Origin: Bacteroidales bacterium
GTDB lineage: Bacteria; Bacteroidota; Bacteroidia; Bacteroidales; GWA2-32-17
DNA: 64,000 nucleotides
Reading direction: 5' to 3'
Assembly (NCBI GenBank): GCA_026417155.1
Contig: JAOADU010000021.1
Span: forward strand, 521-64,520
Shown here: in pieces, positions 1 to 9,500 of the stretch
Position numbering within the stretch: the stretch's first letter is position 1
How the letters are laid out: every line of letters begins with the position of its first letter
Made by a program: the position numbers and the translations under genes
Notes under the pieces: model-generated
What the model saw: the letters and a program-made list of their open reading frames with translations, nothing else
What the model was told of the DNA's origin: nothing
The model's database searches: none

Positions 1-1
1 A

Positions 2-712
2 GAAAGTCCTACTCATGTATCGTGGAAATCGAAAATTGAGACCCTGCTCGATCAAGCTATCGAATTAATACAAGAACAAATATATCGTGGCTTGTGTCTT
101 GATTGTTCTGAATTAAATCATTCATCATGTAAACAATGCCGCACTTCATCTAAAGAATTAGCTTTTAGGTTTATTCAATCATTACCTCATATTCAGGAAA
201 TGCTATCGAAAGATGTAGATGCCATATACAAAGGCGACCCTGCTTCAAAAAGCACTAAAGAAGTTATATTATGTTACCCTGGTATATTGGCTATAACAAA
301 CTATCGTATAGCACATGAATTATATAAATTAAATGTCCCAGTTATTCCACGAATGATAACCGAGTTTGCTCATTCCGAAACAGGCATAGACATACATCCA
401 GGAGCACACATAGGCGAATATTTTGCCATCGATCATGGAACAGGAATTGTTATTGGTGAAACTTGTGTGATAGGCAATCATGTAAAAATTTATCAAGGCG
501 TTACATTAGGTGCAAAAAGTTTTCCCCTCGACGAAAACGGCAACCCCATCAAAGGCATTCCACGCCATCCTATTGTAGAAGATCACGTTATTATTTATGC
601 AGAAGCTACCATATTAGGCAGAGTTACAATCGGTCATCATTCCATCATTGGAGCTAACCAATGGATAACAACCGATATTGCTCCTTATACAAAATTGAGT
701 ATCAATATTTAG
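2..712 (+). CDS. cysE: Serine O-acetyltransferase, 5'-partial (gene continues upstream of the window)
   Basis: Frame 2 is open from the window edge (ESPTHVSWKSKIETLLDQAIELIQEQIYRGLCLDC...), so the TTG at 92 is not the real start. Hexapeptide-repeat beta-helix GAHIGEYFAIDHGTGIVIGETCVIGNHVKIYQGVTLGA plus the DPASKS region are typical of CysE. Confidence 0.85.
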   Translation, partial: ESPTHVSWKSKIETLLDQAIELIQEQIYRGLCLDCSELNHSSCKQCRTSSKELAFRFIQSLPHIQEMLSKDVDAIYKGDPASKSTKEVILCYPGILAITNYRIAHELYKLNVPVIPRMITEFAHSETGIDIHPGAHIGEYFAIDHGTGIVIGETCVIGNHVKIYQGVTLGAKSFPLDENGNPIKGIPRHPIVEDHVIIYAEATILGRVTIGHHSIIGANQWITTDIAPYTKLSINI

Positions 713-1745
713 TTCTACCCCATTCGGACAATCGGGTCGAAAGCGAAAAAGTATTCGTTGCCCCGGCTAAATGATATGATGCACGGGCATAATGTAACTG
801 AAACCGATATAACTTTAAACCCAAACCCCACGAAAAACCCGTCATTGACAATCGGGTATATGTTCCAAGTTCTTTGCGTCGCTGAAAATTGTAGCCCACT
901 GCAACATATAAATTTTTCGACAAAACAATATCGGTGCCAAGTACAGTATGCCGTAGCAATTCATCGCTCCATCGCTGAATTTTTGAATAATGCTTAGTTG
1001 TATCTAATAAATTATTCGATTCGTTTCTGTAATCTGACAAATCCCAGCGATTAAGATTGGTAAAAGTAACCGACAAACGTAATGGAGCATGTTTAAGCTT
1101 TTTACTAACTCCCATTTTAACGTCATAGCGAATTGGTTCATTCTGTTGAGTTTCGTAAGGTTTAATCATCGCACCTAAATTATTCAATACAAGAGCAATA
1201 CTCCATAATTTTTCGGGATGATAATATCTTAAACCAGCATCAAAAGCAATTCCAAAAGATGTGTGCGATTCGTACTGCGAAAAAACTGGCTTTATGGCAA
1301 AACCATATGTCCACAACGAATCGTTTCGAAATGGCTTACTGTAAGCTATACACAACGAATAATCGGCAGCAGAAAAATTACCTTGTGGATTGCCCAACTC
1401 ATCGAATCGAGCAAAATTTCCAAAATTGACATATTGCATACCGAAGAAAAGCTGTCCCCATGGTTTTTGTGAAATACCCAAGCCAACTGTACCATAAAAA
1501 ACATCGGTGAAAATACGAGATGCCGTTAAAAACACTTGCCTTTGAGTAGAATCGGTTATTAATGAAGGGTTTGAAAAAATAAACGAAGGTTCATTGCTAA
1601 CGATGCTTACATTATGTCCGCCTAACGAGGCTACATGTGCCGAAGCTGGCAAAGAAAGAAAACTATACGCCGATGTCCCTCCAATTTGACTATACGAAGC
1701 TTGCAACTGAGTTCCTAAAAGTATAATAATGACAAGTAGCCGCAT
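702..1745 (-). CDS. porQ: PorQ-like type IX secretion outer-membrane beta-barrel protein
   Basis: Signal peptide MRLLVIIILLGTQLQASYSQ (ATG at 1745; the track start at 1763 is a TTG). The N-terminal motif IGGTSAYSFLSLPASAHVASLGG resembles the GG-x-S-x-Y-x-FL-x-L...ALGG motif I recall for PorQ. The rest has alternating aromatic/polar beta-barrel character. Assignment is from memory of the family, not from a search. Confidence 0.55.
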   Translation of the reverse strand: MRLLVIIILLGTQLQASYSQIGGTSAYSFLSLPASAHVASLGGHNVSIVSNEPSFIFSNPSLITDSTQRQVFLTASRIFTDVFYGTVGLGISQKPWGQLFFGMQYVNFGNFARFDELGNPQGNFSAADYSLCIAYSKPFRNDSLWTYGFAIKPVFSQYESHTSFGIAFDAGLRYYHPEKLWSIALVLNNLGAMIKPYETQQNEPIRYDVKMGVSKKLKHAPLRLSVTFTNLNRWDLSDYRNESNNLLDTTKHYSKIQRWSDELLRHTVLGTDIVLSKNLYVAVGYNFQRRKELGTYTRLSMTGFSWGLGLKLYRFQLHYARASYHLAGATNTFSLSTRLSEWGRTKY

Positions 1746-1786
1746 AACATGTATAAAACGCAAAAATAGTGAAAAAAGTATATGGG

Positions 1787-2680
1787 TTATCTCAATTTTC
1801 GACTAATAAATAAAAACTTAAAAATATCAATATAATTGCCATACCAAAACGGATTTAATAAAAATGCTTCTTTATACAACTTCCAAGCAAGTTGAAACTG
1901 ATGATTTTGAGTATAAAAATATGCCATGGCATTGAATCGCATGCTCCAATTCTTTTTTGCAAGCTTGTATTTACGTATTTCTTTTTTCCATTTTATATAT
2001 AATTTAAAAACATCATTCCCTGCATCAGGATTTTTCATAATTGTATTTTCGTGGGTTATACCTAAAGGAGAATAATAATAATTACTTAACTCATTATTAA
2101 TGCAGTAAAAATCATATCTTTTAGACATGCGTAAATATAAATCCCAGTCAATTAATACACCTGTTTCGTCGTATAAACCAACTTCTGAAAAACACTCTCT
2201 ATTAACAATAATTGCTGAGGTTTGAATATTTCTATTAATATCAAATAAATAATTTTTGTAATAATTTCCTGTGTAATAAGTAATATTTTTAAATATTTTT
2301 TTATCGTTTATTTCATTTACTTTATGAAAAAATATTTTATATTTTTTCTCTTTTTCTATTACTTCTTTGCAAATCTCAAGCTTATTATTTAGCCATTCAT
2401 CATCGTGACAAATAAATGCAATCCACTCATATTTGGCAGCTTTTATGCCTGTATTATGAGCAGCACCTGCACCTTTGTTTTCTTTATGACGAATATAGAT
2501 TATTCTTTCATCTGTATATTCTTTTACTATGGTATCCAAAGACGGCTCAGAACCATCGTCGACAATAATTAATTCAAAGTATGGATACGTTTGGTTTAAT
2601 ACGCTATTTATTGCCCGGCGTAAAATATCAGGCGGTGTATTGAATGCTGGTAAAACCACCGAAAAATAAATCATAGGCAA
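1787..2680 (-). CDS. Glycosyltransferase family 2
   Basis: N-terminal GT-A signature SVVLPAFNTPPDILRRAINSVLNQTYPYFELIIVDDGS and DxD-type HDDEW. An ATG alternative start is at 2674. Confidence 0.85.
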   Translation of the reverse strand: MPMIYFSVVLPAFNTPPDILRRAINSVLNQTYPYFELIIVDDGSEPSLDTIVKEYTDERIIYIRHKENKGAGAAHNTGIKAAKYEWIAFICHDDEWLNNKLEICKEVIEKEKKYKIFFHKVNEINDKKIFKNITYYTGNYYKNYLFDINRNIQTSAIIVNRECFSEVGLYDETGVLIDWDLYLRMSKRYDFYCINNELSNYYYSPLGITHENTIMKNPDAGNDVFKLYIKWKKEIRKYKLAKKNWSMRFNAMAYFYTQNHQFQLAWKLYKEAFLLNPFWYGNYIDIFKFLFISRKLR

Positions 2681-2693
2681 TGATTAATATATT

Positions 2694-2921
2694 TTATAAA
2701 GTTAGGTGAATTGTAATGTTAGAAACGTGATGGTAATGTTTGTAATCCAATATAATTTCTTCTTCATTTAGTGATAACGTTCTAAATACTTTGGGTAACA
2801 GTGAAAAACAACCTGAAACTCCTCTAAAAAATAAATACTTTATTGTGTTATTTTCTTCTGAATAAATTTTTGAAATGTCAAAAACGAATTCTTCTATATT
2901 AGATACTTCGGCTCTTTTCAT
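2694..2921 (-). pseudogene. Short FRG-domain-like fragment (probable gene remnant)
   Basis: The 75-aa ORF contains YLFFRGVSGCFSLLPKVFR, resembling the N-terminal FRG-x...L-x-P-x-xFR core of FRG-domain proteins. It stops far short of a full domain. Confidence 0.3.
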
Positions 2922-2926
2922 ATAAT

Positions 2927-3796
2927 TTATTTTTGAAATTCTGGGTATGATTTTATTTTCAATATATGCAATAATTTTTTTATGGGATAAGTAATATAAA
3001 ATCCTATTTTGTAATTGTAGCTTTTATAAATCCTGTTAATCAATTCATCTTTTTGAAGTAAATGATATTTTATACACAAATTCATATTCAAGGAGTATTG
3101 TGTATTAAGTTGTTGTAAATCTATATCTGAGGCAACTATTATAAAATAATCTTCAACTACCTCAAAAGGGTTGGGTTTAATAACTTCTTCTTTTAAAATT
3201 TTGTCTATATTAACATCAGTTATTTTGAAAGATAAGTTTTCTTTTTCTGCGGGCATTATTAAATTTACATTTGAAAATTGATAAAGCAATTGTTGAAATT
3301 TAAAATATGAGGAAATTAAATTACAAAATTCTTCTCGATAAAATTCTTTTACATGAAATGGATTTTGAATATTATTTATTTCAGACATTTTTTTATTGGG
3401 TGTAGAAATAACCAATAAACCACTATCTTTTAAAACTCTTTTTACTTCACTTAAAAAACTTTGTGGATTATTTAAATGTTCTATGGTTTCATAAGATATT
3501 ACAACATCTATACTTTTATCTTGTAATGGTATGCTTTCTGCATTAGCACTAACAAATTCTAAGTTGTCTTTTATATATTTTTTTTTATTAGTTTCTATTA
3601 CTTCGGCATTTATATCAATTGCATATACATATTTGGCTTTATTGCTTAAAAAGTAACTACCATAGCCCGTACCGCAAGCTATGTCTAACACAACTTTGTT
3701 GCTTACAAAATTTTCTGCAAATAAGTATCTATTTATATGTTCAAATGTAACAATGTCAATAATCTTTATGTCAACTCTTTCGCCTTTATGGTCCAT
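2927..3796 (-). CDS. Class I SAM-dependent methyltransferase with C-terminal extension
   Basis: SAM-binding motif I VLDIACGTGYGS, then YAIDIN and DVVISYETIEHL (motifs II/III). Confidence 0.8.
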   Translation of the reverse strand: MDHKGERVDIKIIDIVTFEHINRYLFAENFVSNKVVLDIACGTGYGSYFLSNKAKYVYAIDINAEVIETNKKKYIKDNLEFVSANAESIPLQDKSIDVVISYETIEHLNNPQSFLSEVKRVLKDSGLLVISTPNKKMSEINNIQNPFHVKEFYREEFCNLISSYFKFQQLLYQFSNVNLIMPAEKENLSFKITDVNIDKILKEEVIKPNPFEVVEDYFIIVASDIDLQQLNTQYSLNMNLCIKYHLLQKDELINRIYKSYNYKIGFYITYPIKKLLHILKIKSYPEFQK

Positions 3797-3797
3797 A

Positions 3798-4427
3798 TTA
3801 AGAAATTCTTTTTAAATAACCATTTACGTTAAATGTAGCATTCTGACCAAAGAAATTACAATATTTAGCGTCAATAATAAAGCCTTTATTCTCTTTTAAA
3901 AATTCATCAATGGCTTTTAGAGGTCCTTCGTTATAATGCTTTGATAATTTTAAATGTGAAATTATTCCATCTTCTATAACTATGTAAGAACTTATACTTA
4001 CAATAGGTGCAAATTTCATCAATACATTTTTTACATCTTCGTATTTGTGACTACCATCATCTATTACCAAAATTTTATTAAACTCTTTAGTTAGAGATAA
4101 ATCATAATTTTCGTATCCGTTAAAAAAGAATTTTATGTTTTTCTTTTGTTTTACTAAAGGAGCAATATTATCTTTAATATCAATAGTGTGAACTTCACCT
4201 TTCCCTATTAAATCGAGTAAGTCAGAAAAATACAAAGCCGATCCTCCATTATATGATCCTATCTCTATAATTAAATCTGGTTTTACATCAAAAATTAGCA
4301 TTTGATATAATAAATAATCAAAAGGATTGTGCAATATAGAAATGCCTCTATAAGTTACTTTATAATGAGCTTCATATATGCTTTGAAGGTTAAATTTTAC
4401 TTTTGGTAATCTATTTATTTTTAACAT
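3798..4427 (-). CDS. CmcI (cephalosporin hydroxylase) family methyltransferase-like protein
   Basis: DYLLYQMLIFDVKPDLIIEIGSYNGGSALYFSDLL and VIDDGSH match the CmcI/rhamnosyl O-methyltransferase-type family as I recall it. A 1-nt gap to the upstream MTase suggests an operon. Confidence 0.65.
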   Translation of the reverse strand: MLKINRLPKVKFNLQSIYEAHYKVTYRGISILHNPFDYLLYQMLIFDVKPDLIIEIGSYNGGSALYFSDLLDLIGKGEVHTIDIKDNIAPLVKQKKNIKFFFNGYENYDLSLTKEFNKILVIDDGSHKYEDVKNVLMKFAPIVSISSYIVIEDGIISHLKLSKHYNEGPLKAIDEFLKENKGFIIDAKYCNFFGQNATFNVNGYLKRIS

Positions 4428-4436
4428 GTTTATTAA

Positions 4437-5657
4437 TTATTTAATTAATTCAAAATTAACTTCTGGTAAAAAATATCCTGGCAATCTTGTTTTAAAAGGA
4501 TGGTTTCTTAATGACATATCTTCTGTAATTTCGAAAAACACACATTGTTCATCGAATAAATTAACTTTATATGGAGAATATGTAGTGAATGCTACTCCAA
4601 TGTAATATTTTCCCGAATTAAACAAATGAGAAGGAATTTCGGCTTTTATAGTATATTGTCCCGTTTCTGTAGGTATTTCATTTTTATCCTGCACTAATAC
4701 CATCAATTTTTCGTTATTTATGGAATAAACATGTAAGTTTAAGTATGTTTCTATCTTTTTTAACAGTGTGAAATGTACAATTATGTTTATTTTTTCAGAC
4801 CTATCGTAAAAATATTTCTTTTCGTTTTGCTCATTACATAAAGAAACATTTATTAATCTAACAACATCATCTCCATAACCACCAACATTTTCCCATGATT
4901 TAACATGAACTTCCTGAGCAAATTCACTTAGATATTTTTCGATTACAAAATGTGTTTTATCAAATAATTTTATTTTTCCTTTTTCTAAATAAATTGTTGA
5001 AGAACAAAATTGTTCTATTGCATTCATATTATGGCTCACAAATAAAATCGTTCGCCCACTTTTCGACACTTCATCCATTTTTCCCATACTTTTTTTCTGA
5101 AATTCGGCGTCGCCAACAGCAAGAACTTCATCTATAAGCAAAATATCTGCATCGAGGTGGGCAGCAACTGCAAATGCGAGCCTTAATTGCATTCCTGATG
5201 AATAATGTTTTACAGGAGTATCCAGAAACTTTTCTACACCTGCAAAAGCCACTATTTCGTCAAGTTTGCGTTTTATTTCGGTTCGTTTCATTCCCAAAAT
5301 GGCTCCGTTAAAATAAATATTTTCGCGACCTGTTAATTCGCCGTGAAAACCCGTACCTACCTCCAATAAACTAGCAACTTTTCCCCTTAAAATAGCACGT
5401 CCTTTGGTTGGCAACGTAATTCTAGACAGTATTTTTAGCAATGTACTTTTTCCGGCACCATTTCGACCGATAATGCCCACTTTTTCGCCTGCGTTAATTT
5501 CAAAACTTATATCATCTAAAGCTTTTACGTACTCTTTTTTGTTTTTATGTATATGAAACAGGTTGCGTAATCCATCTCGCAGCGTATAATAATTATGCAA
5601 TGAGCCTATACGATATATTTTTTCTATATGTTCGACTGTTAATATTGGTTTCATCAC
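4437..5657 (-). CDS. wzt: Polysaccharide/O-antigen ABC exporter ATP-binding protein (Wzt/TagH-like) with C-terminal extra domain
   Basis: Walker A GRNGAGKST, ABC signature YSSGMQLRLAFA, Walker B ILLIDEVLAVGD. About 150 aa of beta-rich C-terminal extension follow the NBD. ATGA overlap with the permease gene. Confidence 0.9.
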   Translation of the reverse strand: MMKPILTVEHIEKIYRIGSLHNYYTLRDGLRNLFHIHKNKKEYVKALDDISFEINAGEKVGIIGRNGAGKSTLLKILSRITLPTKGRAILRGKVASLLEVGTGFHGELTGRENIYFNGAILGMKRTEIKRKLDEIVAFAGVEKFLDTPVKHYSSGMQLRLAFAVAAHLDADILLIDEVLAVGDAEFQKKSMGKMDEVSKSGRTILFVSHNMNAIEQFCSSTIYLEKGKIKLFDKTHFVIEKYLSEFAQEVHVKSWENVGGYGDDVVRLINVSLCNEQNEKKYFYDRSEKINIIVHFTLLKKIETYLNLHVYSINNEKLMVLVQDKNEIPTETGQYTIKAEIPSHLFNSGKYYIGVAFTTYSPYKVNLFDEQCVFFEITEDMSLRNHPFKTRLPGYFLPEVNFELIK

Positions 5658-6478
5658 GAAATATCGGCAAAATTGTATTCAACTTTTCTAAAATACAGTA
5701 ATCCTAAAACAAAAACAATAATACAGATAAGCGAACTAATTAACAACCCTTCAACATTAATAGTTGTATTAAACAACGCATAACGAAACAATTCTATAAT
5801 TCCTGTTATAGGATTAAAATAATAAGCCACCTTTATCCACTGTATATTGATATAATGATTTGAATAAAATACTGGAGAAACGAAAAACATCAATTGTACC
5901 ATAAAAGGTATTATGTATTTTACATCACGATATTTTACATTAAGTGCCGAAAAAAAAGAGCCTATGCCTAAAATTAACATCGTAATCAATAAATAAACCA
6001 TAGGCAATAAAAATATTACCTGCCATTGAGGATATACATTGAAATATATCATAAATGGAATTAAAATTATGAATGAAATCAGAAAATCGAATGTACTAAC
6101 CAATAAGGAACTCAATGGAAAAAAAATTCTTGGAAAATATATTTTCTTAATAATATGTGCATTCGATACTATACTCTGCGTAGTCTGAGTTATTGCCGAT
6201 GAAAATAAGTTCCATAATATCATTCCTGATAATACAAACAATATGTAGGGGACATTCGATTCAATTGGAGTAAAATTTGTTGCAATGGAAAAAACAACAA
6301 AAACTGCTGTCATTAATACTGGTTGTAAAATTACCCATAAAAAGCCAAGTAAAGCTTGTTTATACTTTATCTTTATGTCCTTCCATGCTAAAAAAAAGAG
6401 CGTATCTTTAAATTCTGATAATTCTTTAAAATCGAAAAACACAAACTTACTTGGTGGTTTGATGATTATTTCTGTCAT
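5654..6478 (-). CDS. wzm: ABC-2 type polysaccharide exporter permease (Wzm-like)
   Basis: About 6 hydrophobic segments. N-terminal LAWKDIKIKYKQALLGFLWVILQP is typical of ABC-2 (Wzm/TagG) permeases. Coupled to wzt. Confidence 0.85.
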   Translation of the reverse strand: MTEIIIKPPSKFVFFDFKELSEFKDTLFFLAWKDIKIKYKQALLGFLWVILQPVLMTAVFVVFSIATNFTPIESNVPYILFVLSGMILWNLFSSAITQTTQSIVSNAHIIKKIYFPRIFFPLSSLLVSTFDFLISFIILIPFMIYFNVYPQWQVIFLLPMVYLLITMLILGIGSFFSALNVKYRDVKYIIPFMVQLMFFVSPVFYSNHYINIQWIKVAYYFNPITGIIELFRYALFNTTINVEGLLISSLICIIVFVLGLLYFRKVEYNFADIS

Positions 6479-6500
6479 ATCTTAATTTGAGAATATTTCG

Positions 6501-6508
6501 TAATTTTG
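6501..6508 (+). promoter_or_regulatory. Candidate Bacteroidota -7 promoter box (TAATTTTG)
   Basis: Matches TAnnTTTG, 9 nt upstream of the ATG at 6517, in the 38-bp divergent gap between wzm and the large T9SS gene. This is a motif match only. Confidence 0.3.
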
Positions 6509-6516
6509 ATACAAAT

Positions 6517-9500
6517 ATGCAAAAAATAATTTATATACTAATTTCAACACTTATCATTACTAGCGTTAAAAGCTCCATTGTACTTGCTCAAAATATTAAC
6601 TTTCAAGGATTAAATTTATGGTTAAGAGCTGATAGCTTAGTTTTTCATAATTCAAACTATGTTTACGAATGGAAAGACATATCGGGCAATAATTTTCACC
6701 TTACACAATCAAATTCACTTTATCAACCCACATTTGTTCCACAGATTGATTCTCTTAATCATTTACCCGCAATATTATTTAACAACTCCTATATTTTAAA
6801 CAATCAATCTATTACTATTGGCACATTCTATATTGTTTGTAATTATAATGCAAATACATTTCAAGATTATTGCGGACTAATAACTCAAGCCTCTGTAAGC
6901 GATGGAAACACCGATTATCTTATTGTTTCTTCTCCAGGCAATACTAATTTCTACCATTCCATTCTTAATCAAAATTTATACATCAATCAAAATCAAACCT
7001 ATAATTTTGCTCCTCTTAGACGCCCAAAAATCATTAAAGGTATCCTTAATACTCCTGTAAGTTGGAATAGTTTGATGATCGGATACGACCGTTCGTTATT
7101 TACAAGATTTTGGAATGGCTATGTTTTTGAAATAATTATTTATGATAGAACATTATCGATTTCAGAGCAACTAATGGTTGAACAATACATAATGAATAAA
7201 TATGCACCATCTGTCAATTTGCCTAACGATACCATACTTACAACTTTATGTCCAATAGTAGTCAAACCGCAGGGTTATTACACTTCGTATCAATGGAGTA
7301 CTGGACAAACATCTGATAGCATTGTGATTGAGCAAAGCGGAACATATTATATTACTGCTACTGATATATTTGGTCGTCAAAGTATTGATAGTATAAAGAT
7401 TTCTTTCCCTTTTCCAAATTTTGAATCAAATCGTTTTTTATGCCCCAATGACAGTATTATCATTGATACACAACTTAGCGAAACTTTATTCTCTTTTTTG
7501 TGGAATGATTCATCTTCACAATCTTTTATCACTGTTCATACACCAGGGTCATTTTGGGTTACAATTACAGATAGTACAAACTGTATATACCAATCAGACA
7601 CTATTAACGTTTCCCTTGATTCATTTGCCAATGAAAACTTATTATCTGATACCGTTTACTTGTGTCGTGGCGATACATTATCATTATTAACTAATTCTGC
7701 CATAAAATATTACTGGAACACGGGGGATTCAACATCTTTCATCGTTCCCTTAAATACTGGGTCATATAAAATTACAGCATATAATTCCAACCAATGTCAA
7801 AATATAGATAGTTGTTTTATAGTTATAAAAGGCCAGAAACCATCTCCACAAATACTTAAAAATAATTCCTGTGTAAACACAATTCAAAGTTATACAGGGA
7901 ATTCAACTGGAAATATTATACAATGGACATGGACATTTCACGATACAATAATAAACGGACAAATAGTTAATTATTCCTATCATCAACCGGGAATTTATTC
8001 TGTCTCTTTATATGTTAAAGATACAAACACCTGTCATTCAGTTGTTAGCATTATAGATACTGTTTTTAATACGCCTCGTAGTAGTTTCAGCATTATTAAA
8101 GGATGTAACCCAAACGAATTTGTGTTACTCAGTAAAGTAAATCACACTATTCCCATCCATGACTATATATGGAATATCAATGGACAAACTTATTACAATG
8201 ATTCATTAATAACTATCATTTCTAATAATGCTTCTGTAAGCCTAACAACAGTTGATATTAAGGGTTGTCGAGATACAGTTGTACAAATTGTAAATCAAAA
8301 TATTTCAAATGAAGTAATTCCTGCACAAATTATTTATCCTAAACAGAATCAGAACATTTTTAAAAATACTTTCTTTTTTCATTGGAATAACTATTCTCAG
8401 TTGAGTTTGCTCGAACTTAGTTTTAACAACAATTTTAATCCAATAATTCTTCGAACTCCAAAATCAATTACCAATTCTTATTTTATCAACAATTTAATAA
8501 AAAATCGCATATATTACGGCAGAGTTTGGACATATAATGCCTGTCATGATTCTGTTGCAACAAATTTTCAATTCAATACATTTTTGCCCGATAGCATAGA
8601 TGGTTTAACTATTTGGTTACGTAGCGATTCGGAAGTTGTAGTTAATTCACAAAATAAAATAATACAGTGGAAAGATGTTTCGGGCAATCAACACCATTTT
8701 GATACATTAAGTTTAGCACAAGCTCCTTATTATGTTGCCAATATTGATAGTATAGGACAGCTACCATCCATTGTTTTCAATAATGGTGCGCTAGTTTTAA
8801 ATAACACTACAAACATAGGAACCTTATTTATTGTTGCTAATTATAAGTTTCAATCTTTCCAAAACTTCTCCGGATTATTAACACGAAAAGAAGTTGTAGA
8901 TGGAAATTCCGACTTTTTTATAATTTCTTCCGCTTCAGGAACAAATTTATATCAATCTATTTTAAACCAACAAATGTACATAAACAACCAATCTACATAC
9001 AACTTTGCACCATTACAAAGACCTAAAATAATTAAAGGAATATTAAACAATCCCGTTTTATGGGGTGATTTACTAATAGGCTTAGATAGAAATATAGCGG
9101 GTAGATATTGGCAAGGGAATGTTTGGGAATTTCTTTCATTTAATAAAGCATTAACGTTAAACGAACAAAATCTCATCGAAACCTACCTTATGGACAAATA
9201 TGCTCCACCTGTTTCTTTGCCTGCCGACACAGTGCTTACTTCTTTCTGTCCGTTTACAATTAAACCCAAAGGGTACTTCACTTCCTATTTATGGAATACA
9301 AACGATACGTCCGATTCTATTACGGTTACCAAAAGTGGTAAATACATAATTACTGCTACTGACATCTTTGGACGTATTAGCAAAGATTCTATGATAGTTA
9401 CGTTCCCTCAGACCAATATTCCTGATACAATTGTTATTTGCTATGGCGATTCTTCATTAGTAACATCTGCACTCGGAAATCTGGTTGATTATTATTGGAG

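Noticed and set aside
4952-6485. Small plus-strand ORFs 4952-5137 and 6285-6485.
   Set aside because: They are antisense to wzt and wzm, with a hydrophobic low-complexity composition that reflects AT-rich codons of the opposite strand.
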